Positions 25,210-34,024 of a stretch of 64,000 nt of DNA are shown one piece after another. The DNA comes from a virus. Each line of letters opens with the position of its first letter. Positions within the stretch are counted from its first letter, which is position 1. The translations under genes and the position numbers were made by a program. The stretch spans positions 1 to 64,000 of IMG/VR virus record IMGVR_UViG_3300042518_001860. One strand, given 5' to 3'. The notes under the pieces were generated by a model that was not told the origin of the DNA, ran no database searches, and saw only the letters and a program-made list of their open reading frames with translations.

Positions 25210-27287
25210 AATCACCTGGGCACGTTGCAGGTCTCGTAGGCGAGTTCCGCGTCAAAGAAGCCACAAAGCGAGTCGTCGAGGATGAATTTGACGAACTCCT
25301 CACGGGCTTCGAGCGCGCTCTCCAGACCACAGGTGGAACAGAGCTCGAGGCGCCCCTCCTCTCCCCTGAAGAGTGGATCGAGAACCCCTACTACGCAGGC
25401 CCCTTCGCCGGGTCATTTCTTTGGCCTGAAAAGAAGCGCGTGTTCTGCAAGGCAGCGCGCGGTGACAATATCGTCAACGTGTTTACTGGCGCCATCGGTA
25501 CTGGCAAGACGCAGTTGATTGTGCTGATTGCCCTGTACGACCTGTACCGGATGTGCAACTTCGTCTCCCCCCACGCTTTCTTGGGCTTTCCAGCCACGTC
25601 TGAACTCGTCACGGTTCTAATCCACCAGAACCAGACGAAGGCCAAGGACAAGATCCTTGACCCGTTGCGAGCAGCAGTGGACCTCACGCCATACTTCAAG
25701 CGGGAGTGTCCCCGAGACAAGCGACTTGAGAGCAGCATCTTCTTCCCCAGGAAGAACGTAAAGGCGCGCGTGGGTGTCACTGGGGAGGCCGCTATCCATG
25801 GTGAAGACGTCTTCGCGCTACACTGCTCAGAAGCGAACTTCTATTCCGTTGTGGCCGACTCCGTCCGCAAGCGAGGTGGCGAGGTTCTCGACGTAGCACA
25901 GGACCTGCATGACAGTATGCTGGTCCGATGGGAGTCACGTTTCCTGCGTGGTGGGAAGCTCCAGCTCTGCCGTATGAGCCTGGACTCCTCCCGCCAATAC
26001 CCTGACGACTTTGTCGAACGGGTGGAGAAGCGCATCCTGCGGGGTGACTACCCCTACCCAGCGCAGGTCTTCTCCATGTCTCAATGGGACGCCAAGCGAG
26101 GCGTCCTCGACAACATGGGCAAGCCCCTCTACTCTGGGCGCGTCTTCCCCGTTGAAGTGGCTACAGGCAACCGCGTCAGTCGCATCTTGGATGCCGATGA
26201 AGTCGAACACGCCATCGGGCAGGTCGTCTGGTGTGCTGAGGAGCATCGAGCCTCTTTCGAGGGAGATATTGACAAGGCTCTTCGGGACCTGGCCGGTGTT
26301 GCTGTCCAGGGCTTGCACCCACTAATCCCACAGCGCGAGGCCATCTCGGCGTGTTTCCGCCTCGAGCCTGCCTTCCAACAGCACCAAGTCATGCACCCCT
26401 TCACCGCCACGACCACTACGTTGCGGGACAGCGTGGCGATGATCCTGGACTTCTTGTGCGACAGCAAGACTCGCCAACCGCGAGTTAACCCCGACAAACT
26501 TCGCACCGTGCATGTTGATCCAGCGTTCACCAGCGACGCCCTTGGCTTGTGCATGGCGCATGTTGACGAAGTCGTCACGGTCAATCGCATGACCGAAGGG
26601 CAACTCGATATTCCCTGTCTTGTCTGCTGTATAGGGGATAACCCTACCCCAGGCGTTGTACGTTGTCCGCGCTGTGTAGGTTCTGGTCTCCGGAAGCATT
26701 ACGGTAGGACCGTGGCCTGCGTTGAGTGTCGTGGGGCTAAGGTTATCAAGTGCCCCTCGTGTAAGGGGTCCATGAAGCACGGTACTCCGACTCAGCGTCC
26801 CCGCGTCTATGCGGACCTGACACTTCAGGTCACGCCCCCGAAGTCGGGGCGCATTCAATTTGACGACGTGGAGGCCCTTCTCGCTCGACTCCGTGCCGGA
26901 GGTTTCCGCATTGCGGTGGTCACGGCTGACGGTCATCAGTCAGAGCAATTCCTGCAGCGGCAACTGAATGAGACGGGCGTCTATATCGCAGAGAAACTTT
27001 CCATGGACACGTCCAAGGACCCCTACTACGCGCTCCGCGACTCGATCCTTGACTTGGACTCTGAGGGGCGTCGGCGGTTGAGTCTCTATGACTACCCGCC
27101 CCTCTTCGATGAACTGTGTCGTGTCGAGGATCGTCGAGACAAAATTGACCACCCACGAAATGGGTCCAAGGATGTTGCTGATGCCTTAGCGGGTGTGGTG
27201 TACAATTGCGAGGTTCACGGCTTTCTGCGAGAGTCGGTCATCTCTGGAAACCTTCAAGTCAAGGGGTTCGACGGTAAGGTGCGATGA
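25206..27287 (+). CDS. terL: Terminase large subunit
   Basis: Walker A GAIGTGKT; nuclease VHVDPA...VTADGHQS...KIDHPRNGSKDVADA. Confidence 0.92.
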   Translation: MKSPGHVAGLVGEFRVKEATKRVVEDEFDELLTGFERALQTTGGTELEAPLLSPEEWIENPYYAGPFAGSFLWPEKKRVFCKAARGDNIVNVFTGAIGTGKTQLIVLIALYDLYRMCNFVSPHAFLGFPATSELVTVLIHQNQTKAKDKILDPLRAAVDLTPYFKRECPRDKRLESSIFFPRKNVKARVGVTGEAAIHGEDVFALHCSEANFYSVVADSVRKRGGEVLDVAQDLHDSMLVRWESRFLRGGKLQLCRMSLDSSRQYPDDFVERVEKRILRGDYPYPAQVFSMSQWDAKRGVLDNMGKPLYSGRVFPVEVATGNRVSRILDADEVEHAIGQVVWCAEEHRASFEGDIDKALRDLAGVAVQGLHPLIPQREAISACFRLEPAFQQHQVMHPFTATTTTLRDSVAMILDFLCDSKTRQPRVNPDKLRTVHVDPAFTSDALGLCMAHVDEVVTVNRMTEGQLDIPCLVCCIGDNPTPGVVRCPRCVGSGLRKHYGRTVACVECRGAKVIKCPSCKGSMKHGTPTQRPRVYADLTLQVTPPKSGRIQFDDVEALLARLRAGGFRIAVVTADGHQSEQFLQRQLNETGVYIAEKLSMDTSKDPYYALRDSILDLDSEGRRRLSLYDYPPLFDELCRVEDRRDKIDHPRNGSKDVADALAGVVYNCEVHGFLRESVISGNLQVKGFDGKVR

Positions 27288-28822
27288 AGATCTACACTCC
27301 CCACGCCCAGCGCTTCATCGTCAAAGCGCTCGAGCGGCATACTCCTGGGCAGGGGCGTGCTGATAGCCCCGACCTCCTCTCCCCTCTCTTCGGTCGCTAC
27401 GTTCGCCCCCGCTTCGAACCTGTGGAGTGGCAGGAACACCTTGAGCGGAGTACGCGCCTGAAGTCGGCTCTGGAGGAGATTGCGCTGGCTTCCGTCGGCC
27501 TGGGCGTGCGCGGTGTCCCCGACCCGCTCGAGCTGGAGGCTTTAGGCGAGCGGGAGGCCCCGACGCTTCGGAAGAAGTTGTTGGACGCCGCGCGCAAGAT
27601 CACCATGTTCTGCCAGTCGCCAAAGCGTGGCAGTTTCTTGCCCCTCTCCTGGGAGCTCTACAAAGCCGAGGTGGATTACCTCTCGACTGGCAATGGTTGC
27701 CTTGAGGTCATCGAGGAGAACTATGAGGCTGGTGGGCCTGTCGTTGGCCTGAGTCACGTCCGTTCGAGCTACATGCGGATTGCCCCAGATCGTAGTCACT
27801 GGGTCCAAGGCACCCAGTACGCAGTCTACCGCACCGAGCGCGAAGGTGAGTCCATCCCGGTCTCGGTGACCAGCAACTACTACCGCACCTTCGGCGATGA
27901 TGCTCCCGAGCGGCGCTTCATCAACCGCAAGACGGGAGAGTTCTACCGGGAATGGCCGAGCAACCTGGACCCTGGTTTGAAGGGCTCCGCCATCATGCAC
28001 GGGGCCTCCTACAACCCCCTCGACCCGTACTATGGGATGCCGGTCCACGTCCCCGCGCTGTACGCCATCATGGAAAACGAGATGATGGCGCAGTTCATGG
28101 TGGCTTTCCTCAAGAGTGGTACCCAGGTACCCATCCTGATTGTAGTTGAAGGCGGCAATCTCACCGCGGACTCTCAAGAGAAGATCGAGGCCCTCTTCAA
28201 CAGCGATACAAAGGGCTTGGACTCGAGCGGTCGCGCTGCAGTTATTCAGCCTACGATTCATGGCCTTCTCGGGCAGGGGGCCAAGATTCGTGTGGAGCGC
28301 GTCGAATTGGGCATCAAAGACCTGGCCCCACTCTTTGAGCGTAAGGCGACCAACGACGGCGAGATCATCGAGACTACGGGCATGTCCGGTGTTTTCATCG
28401 GTGGTGGTGAGGGTGCCCAAGCCACGACGCGAAACGCTGCTGTGTTGAAACAGTTGTCGTTTGAGCATGCCATCGAGCCCCGCGCCAAATTCTGGGAGTC
28501 CATGCTGAACAATGGCGTGGCGGGGAGGATTTCTCTGGGCGGGTACTTCCACTGTCAACGTCCGAAGAACATGGACCCCCTCCAGGTGGCGAGCCTCCTT
28601 CAGAAAATGAAGGATGGTCTCACCATCGAGGATATGCGACAGGCTGTCCGCTCTTTGGTCAATGGCGTGGACATGCCCACGCTGAAGCTCGACAAGTACG
28701 GTAAGATGCCTATGGGCATTCTTCAGGAGAAATTGAAGGCCGATCTGGCACAAGAATCCGTGCCCGCCCCGGGTCCAGCGGCCTCGGACATGGAAAAAGT
28801 GATGTCTCTGCGGGTCGTGTAA
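27284..28822 (+). CDS. Portal protein
   Basis: Follows TerL; DYLSTGNGCLEV, DPYYGMP, FLKSGTQVPILIVV. Confidence 0.85.
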   Translation: MKIYTPHAQRFIVKALERHTPGQGRADSPDLLSPLFGRYVRPRFEPVEWQEHLERSTRLKSALEEIALASVGLGVRGVPDPLELEALGEREAPTLRKKLLDAARKITMFCQSPKRGSFLPLSWELYKAEVDYLSTGNGCLEVIEENYEAGGPVVGLSHVRSSYMRIAPDRSHWVQGTQYAVYRTEREGESIPVSVTSNYYRTFGDDAPERRFINRKTGEFYREWPSNLDPGLKGSAIMHGASYNPLDPYYGMPVHVPALYAIMENEMMAQFMVAFLKSGTQVPILIVVEGGNLTADSQEKIEALFNSDTKGLDSSGRAAVIQPTIHGLLGQGAKIRVERVELGIKDLAPLFERKATNDGEIIETTGMSGVFIGGGEGAQATTRNAAVLKQLSFEHAIEPRAKFWESMLNNGVAGRISLGGYFHCQRPKNMDPLQVASLLQKMKDGLTIEDMRQAVRSLVNGVDMPTLKLDKYGKMPMGILQEKLKADLAQESVPAPGPAASDMEKVMSLRVV

Positions 28823-28872
28823 CTTTTCCCATTGTTGACTTATTTCTGCTCTGTCGAGTACCTTCCAGTGCG

Positions 28873-29313
28873 ATGAGTGATTTCACTTTCCGATGCTCCA
28901 TCCTCAAGGTCCTTGACGAGAAACGTATCGTCAAGGGGCCTGTACTGCGTCCCGGCATTCGTGACCGGCACGGTACCACTGTGTCGGCAGACGAAATCCA
29001 GAATGCTGCGCACACATTCATGGTCGAGTATCGTAAAGGCGAGACGACCAGTGGGTACATGCACCGAGACTTCTACAAAGCGGATGAGCGTTTCCGCATT
29101 GTGGAGAGCTACATCCTCGACGTAGACCTCTCTGTGCCACGCACAGAACGTGCCGGCTTGGTTGAAGAATCTGGCGAAGGAGAAATCAAAGTCCCTGCCG
29201 GTTCTTGGGTCATGGCGGTTCAGGTCATCGACGATGATGTGTGGGAGCAGGTGAAGCTAGGCATTGTCAAAGGCTTTTCTATCGGCGGCACGGCCGAAGT
29301 GGTTCCGGAGTGA
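28873..29313 (+). CDS. XkdF-like prohead serine protease (N-part)
   Basis: RIVKGPVLRP..D...EIQNAAHTFM...MH...VESY...GSW...VWEQVK.G.VKGFSIGG. Confidence 0.85.
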   Translation: MSDFTFRCSILKVLDEKRIVKGPVLRPGIRDRHGTTVSADEIQNAAHTFMVEYRKGETTSGYMHRDFYKADERFRIVESYILDVDLSVPRTERAGLVEESGEGEIKVPAGSWVMAVQVIDDDVWEQVKLGIVKGFSIGGTAEVVPE

Positions 29314-29316
29314 CTC

Positions 29317-30801
29317 ATGAAGATCAGCGCCGCCAATCTGCACCACATCCTCAAGCAGAGTGCCCCCATCGAGCAGGCCTACAAAGGCCCGCATCGGTTG
29401 AAGAATCTGCATGTTGGAGAAGTTTCTCTGGTGACGGAGCCGGCCATTCTCTCGGATGCCGAGTCCCAGGCTGGTACTGGTTGGTACGTAGTCAAGAGCG
29501 CCACTGGTGGCGCGCCGGTTCCAGAAAAGATTCTGCGAATGTTCCAACTCCGCGAGGGGGAGGAGCTGTTTGCTGCCCGCGAGCGTCTGGCCAATGCCTG
29601 CCGCATCAAGATGGTCACCGAACTCCAGAACCAAGAGATGTTCTGGATGGACCCGCTGATGGTCTACACGGACCATGTGGTGATGGGGTATTGGTGGTAC
29701 CTCTCCCTCGAGGACATCCGAACCGAGAAGCCCCTGTACTACGCCTGCTACTTCACGCAGGATGAGGTTGGGGAGTTTACCATTTCTCGCGTTGTCCCTT
29801 TGAAGGTGACCATCGGCGAGGAGCCTGCGGCTTCCGAGGAGGGAGTCGAGAAATTGGCGACCCCTCCTCAAGAAGGGGGGGAGCCGAGCGCAGATGAAGT
29901 CGACGACGTGGATGACACGAATGTCGAGCGAGCTGCGTATGAAGGGATCGACTTCACCCCCCCGGAGCGCGTTCAGTCACAGTTCTCCAAGGGTGTCGAA
30001 CTCTATGAAGCTGGTAAGGGCGGTGATGGCCTGCAGGCTGCTACTGTTCGCTGGGCCCGCCGACTTGCCGCAGGTGAGGCCGTCTCTCCCGCCAAGGCTC
30101 GCAAGGCTGTCGCTTGGTTTGCTCGTCATGAGACCGACAAGAAGGACGGCTGGGATAAAGCTGGTGAAGAGACGCCTGGGTATGTGGCGTGGCTTCTCTG
30201 GGGTGGAGATGCTGGCCGTACTTGGTTCACCTCTTTGACCGAGAAAATGGATGCGGCAGACGCCAAGGTCGAGAAGAACTTGGAAACTGAGACCGCTCCT
30301 ACCTCCACGGGCGTCGTAGATTCCGAGGTGGCGGTTGAGCCGTCTGTAGAGGCGCCTGCAGAGGCCTCTGTTGAGGTTGTGGAGCAGAGTGCGCCGGCGG
30401 TCGAGTCTGAAGTTACGCCCGAGAAAGATTCGGCGCCCGTAGTTGTCGAGTTGGAGCCAGGGATTCTCGTTCCTGAGGCCGCTCATCTCTCGGTCATCAA
30501 GACACTGATCGCCGGTGGCTGCCCCTTCAGCGTTACCATTAGTCCTGATGGGGCTGTCCAGGTGGTCACCGAGACCCAGAAGTCTGCGGAGCCCACGTCC
30601 ACCCCGGCGCAGGCTCCAGAGGAAGAAGCACTGCGGAGCGAGAATGAGAAGCTCCAGCAGGAAGTTCGCAAGCTCAAAGCACAGCCGGTGGCGGACATCC
30701 CTCCCGCCATGAGCCCGGCACCCGAGGCAATCCGGCGTTCGGAGGCCTCGTCTCATGACAGACTGCTCGACGCGGCCCGTCGGCAGACGCGACGAGAGTA
30801 A
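29317..30801 (+). CDS. Protease C-part/scaffold protein
   Basis: RLKNLHVGEVSLVTEPA; acidic linkers; coiled-coil end; precedes the MCP. Confidence 0.7.
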   Translation: MKISAANLHHILKQSAPIEQAYKGPHRLKNLHVGEVSLVTEPAILSDAESQAGTGWYVVKSATGGAPVPEKILRMFQLREGEELFAARERLANACRIKMVTELQNQEMFWMDPLMVYTDHVVMGYWWYLSLEDIRTEKPLYYACYFTQDEVGEFTISRVVPLKVTIGEEPAASEEGVEKLATPPQEGGEPSADEVDDVDDTNVERAAYEGIDFTPPERVQSQFSKGVELYEAGKGGDGLQAATVRWARRLAAGEAVSPAKARKAVAWFARHETDKKDGWDKAGEETPGYVAWLLWGGDAGRTWFTSLTEKMDAADAKVEKNLETETAPTSTGVVDSEVAVEPSVEAPAEASVEVVEQSAPAVESEVTPEKDSAPVVVELEPGILVPEAAHLSVIKTLIAGGCPFSVTISPDGAVQVVTETQKSAEPTSTPAQAPEEEALRSENEKLQQEVRKLKAQPVADIPPAMSPAPEAIRRSEASSHDRLLDAARRQTRRE

Positions 30802-30812
30802 GGAGAATTATC

Positions 30813-32375
30813 ATGGGTCGTTTTTGGAAGCAGCACGGGCTCAACCGGGAGACCGTCAACAAGATGTACCTGGCCGGTGGAGACCTTTCCACCATCGCGG
30901 CGGGCGGCCGGCTCGATCCCGAGCAGCAGCTTGACACGCTGAATGCCATTCGGGCCATGAGCGGCCTGCTCGGCCCCGTGGTTGGCATGGGTCCGCGCGC
31001 CGCCGGCCCTGGCTTTCTGGAGCCGACGGCGGCCCAGTCGGCAGGTGGGCCTACCCCTGCCCCTGGCTCGGCTCTGTACGCCCCGATGGGCGGCCCCGGC
31101 GTTTCGTTCATCAACGTCACTTCGGGTCGCACGAGCGGCGTCATCGAAGGCTTTGTCGGCGGCGGCTACGTCGTCGAAGGTGCGACCGAGGCCACTGCAC
31201 CCGTCGGCGCCGCCCCGAAGGTCCTGACCCCTCGCGCCCGCGAGTGGGTGCTCCGCAAGCTGCATATGTGGCAGCAGTGGAGCCAGGAGATCACTTGGCA
31301 GTCGATCCTCGAGGACCGCTTCGGTGATTTCCTGTTCGAGAACTTCTTCCCGCTCGTTGCAGACAACCTCGAGCAGCTCGCGCTGTTCGGCGACATGAAC
31401 AACGCCGAGGTGAGCCCCAAGGGCAATCTGCTCCGCGCCGCGGACGGCTGGCTCAAGGCCATGCGCGCTGAGAGCAAGATCCACGATGCTGGTGGTGAGT
31501 TCATCAGCGAGGACCTGTTCTTCGAGCTGAAGCGGGTCCACCAGCGCGCCATCCAGCTCTACCGCAGTGCCACCAACTACCTCTTCTGCAACCCGGCCGT
31601 CATTCAGGACTGGCTGCAGGTGCAGCGTGCGGTCGGTCAGGGCTCCCTCGAGGCCCACCAGGCGCTGTTCGGTCAGGCCATCGGCCCCCTGGGCATGCAG
31701 TTCTGGCCGCTCCCGCTCCTGAACATCGACGAGGAGATCGTCCAGTCCACGGCCGCTGTGGGCGCGCGGGTCATCGGTATCGGTGGCAAGGCCGACCAGT
31801 TCCAGTTCCCGACGACGAACTACCAGCTCACGCTGAACGTCAATGGCGCTGGTGCGGTGACCGTCAGCTTCCCGCACCAGGAAGCGGCGGCCCGCAAAGA
31901 CCGTACGCTGTCGATCACGCGGGTCTGCAACCTCATCAACGCCGCCCTCGTGGCGGAGCACGGTGATACCTACGCCAAGGTGGCCCGCGAGAACAACGGC
32001 CGGCTCGAGCTCGTCACCCCCGGGACGGGCGCGGGTCAGGCCATCGTGATCTCGGACGGTGGCCTGTCGGCACACGCGCTGTTCGGCTTCACGCTGGGCA
32101 CGACCTCGGGCGTCGCGGCCAACGGCGGCGGTTCGACCTACAACGGCACCACGATGTTCCTCGGCGCCCCGTCGAACCTCGAGATGCGGGTCAGCACGGC
32201 TCCGGAGCCCAGCAACAATCGTGGCTATTACAGCGCGATGAAGTGGCTGCAGGAGAACGACACCTTCCGCTTCGACGCCTACATGCACGCCTCGTTCAAT
32301 GTGCGTGTCCCCGAGGCGATGGTTCTCGTCGAAAACCTCCGCGTCGCCGGCCCCGGCGAAAACCCCGCGGCCTGA
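30813..32375 (+). CDS. Major capsid protein (HK97 fold) with inserted domain
   Basis: Strong SD and codon bias; GGRLDPEQ, DNLEQLALFGD, ADGWLK; position. Confidence 0.85.
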   Translation: MGRFWKQHGLNRETVNKMYLAGGDLSTIAAGGRLDPEQQLDTLNAIRAMSGLLGPVVGMGPRAAGPGFLEPTAAQSAGGPTPAPGSALYAPMGGPGVSFINVTSGRTSGVIEGFVGGGYVVEGATEATAPVGAAPKVLTPRAREWVLRKLHMWQQWSQEITWQSILEDRFGDFLFENFFPLVADNLEQLALFGDMNNAEVSPKGNLLRAADGWLKAMRAESKIHDAGGEFISEDLFFELKRVHQRAIQLYRSATNYLFCNPAVIQDWLQVQRAVGQGSLEAHQALFGQAIGPLGMQFWPLPLLNIDEEIVQSTAAVGARVIGIGGKADQFQFPTTNYQLTLNVNGAGAVTVSFPHQEAAARKDRTLSITRVCNLINAALVAEHGDTYAKVARENNGRLELVTPGTGAGQAIVISDGGLSAHALFGFTLGTTSGVAANGGGSTYNGTTMFLGAPSNLEMRVSTAPEPSNNRGYYSAMKWLQENDTFRFDAYMHASFNVRVPEAMVLVENLRVAGPGENPAA

Positions 32376-32407
32376 TCCACCTTCAACCCAACGAGGTTTC
32401 TCCTCCT

Positions 32408-32893
32408 ATGCTGCGATTCATTCTTTCAATCGCGTTCGTGGTCATCCCCCTGTTCGCGGCTACTGCCACGGATGGGGGCATCCCTGCGTCCGCCCCAGTC
32501 ATCTCCTCGGAGCCCGCCACGCTCGTCGACGCTGGAGCCCCCTCCGTGGTCAGCGCGGCGCCGAGTGTCGAACCCAGCGCTCTGGTCCCGAGCGTCGTCG
32601 AGATTGCTGTCGATGCAAAGAGCGTGGTCGAACAGGGGAAGGAAGTCATCCAGGGGCCCACGGTGGTGGGCGTGGCTGGCTTCCTGGCAGCGCTGTTCCT
32701 GCTCATCACGAAGCTCGCTCGCAGGAGCGGGAAACTGCTGAAGCAGGTCCAGGTCAACAAGGTGGTCGCCATCTGCTCTGCTCTGGCTCTTGGGGCCTCG
32801 TCAGTGACTCCCGGGATGCCTTGGTGGGGTGCCATTATCGTTGGCATCTCCCCCCTGCTGTTCACCCTGGGTCTGGGCGACAAAGAAGCCTGA
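32408..32893 (+). CDS. Membrane protein (signal peptide, Pro/Ser/Ala linker, ~3 TM)
   Basis: Hydrophobic segments visible in the translation. Confidence 0.7.
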   Translation: MLRFILSIAFVVIPLFAATATDGGIPASAPVISSEPATLVDAGAPSVVSAAPSVEPSALVPSVVEIAVDAKSVVEQGKEVIQGPTVVGVAGFLAALFLLITKLARRSGKLLKQVQVNKVVAICSALALGASSVTPGMPWWGAIIVGISPLLFTLGLGDKEA

Positions 32894-33366
32894 TGTCCGC
32901 GCGCCCCCGAAACCCCGCACGACTGGTGCGGCGCGTGTCGGAGTTCCCGACCGCATCCGAAGGCCTTGTCATCTTCCACACAGGATTTGATGAGTATTTC
33001 GGAAGTGACGGGGCGCGTTGGAATACCCTGGACCGTGGCGGGGCCGTCTTTACGGTTGGGGTGGGCGTTGCTGCCCGTTCAGCAGTGATGATTGATGACA
33101 TGGGGGATGTTACCCTCCTTGACGTCACTTCGGCACTTCGCCCTCTCGGTGTTGTGTCTGCCGTTTCGGACGGACAGGCACTCATTCGGTGGCGTGGGAT
33201 GATTCATGGGTTCCTCGACCTCACACCTGGGGCAACCCAGTACGCCTCAACTGAGGTTGGTGAAATCGTCGAGGAGCCTGACGAAACCGCATCTTTGATG
33301 CGGCTTGGTCAGGCCATCTCAGCAACATCCATGGAAGTCCAACTGGACCAGCCTGTTCTCGTGTAG
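32893..33366 (+). CDS. Capsid cement/decoration-like protein
   Basis: PLGVV...LTPGATQYAS...LGQAISATSM. Confidence 0.55.
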   Translation: MSARPRNPARLVRRVSEFPTASEGLVIFHTGFDEYFGSDGARWNTLDRGGAVFTVGVGVAARSAVMIDDMGDVTLLDVTSALRPLGVVSAVSDGQALIRWRGMIHGFLDLTPGATQYASTEVGEIVEEPDETASLMRLGQAISATSMEVQLDQPVLV

Positions 33367-33370
33367 TAGC

Positions 33371-33685
33371 ATGGCCGCCGTGGGAACTTCTTCACGATCC
33401 ACAGAGGACCTCAGTCTCGCAGCCATGATGGTGGCTCTCGGTGGGACTGTATCTGAAGTGGATGCCTCACGAGGTCGCGGGGAAGTCACTGTAGATGTGC
33501 GACGTATCTCTGCGACCAAAATTCGCGAGCTCTGTGAAGTCCTCACCGAACAAATGCTCGAACTCCCTGATCAACCTACATTCGAGCAGCTCGAACAGGT
33601 AGTCGGGAATACCTTCCTAAGTCGCTTGTTCGAACAACGCGACACCCTCCGCACCAGAATCCTGAACCAAAAGAGGCTTCGATGA
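33371..33685 (+). CDS. Hypothetical protein
   Basis: STEDLSLAAMMVALG; tiles between neighbours. Confidence 0.6.
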   Translation: MAAVGTSSRSTEDLSLAAMMVALGGTVSEVDASRGRGEVTVDVRRISATKIRELCEVLTEQMLELPDQPTFEQLEQVVGNTFLSRLFEQRDTLRTRILNQKRLR

Positions 33686-33948
33686 GTAACCCCCAGGAAC
33701 GCTTCCGCGCCTGCCGAGAAGAAATGGCCAAACTGCAGTCCGAACTACAGGCTCGTTCGGCTGAGCTTCAGAAGGAGCAGCGCCCCTTGCTAGCCGTGTG
33801 CGAGAAGTTCCTGATTGATGCGGACCTTCCGGAATGGAAAGAGCTGCAGAAAAAGTTGTCCGCGCACAAGCAGTTTGTCCAAGGCGTTTCGGAGCAGTAC
33901 AACAAGCTCAATTTGGAACTCCTAGAGCTCAGCAAACAGATCTGCTAG
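33682..33948 (+). CDS. Coiled-coil hypothetical protein
   Basis: GAGG SD, ATGA overlap. Confidence 0.65.
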   Translation: MSNPQERFRACREEMAKLQSELQARSAELQKEQRPLLAVCEKFLIDADLPEWKELQKKLSAHKQFVQGVSEQYNKLNLELLELSKQIC

Positions 33949-34024
33949 TCTTGTCCCAGAGCCCCACTCCCCGCACCCGCCCCTGACTCCGGAAGCGTAG
34001 CTACTCAACTCCAGGAGTCTCATC

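Noticed and set aside
26613-26785. Intein or intron in terminase
   Set aside because: Short, in frame, no splicing motifs (no terminal HN-C/S/T) and no endonuclease motifs
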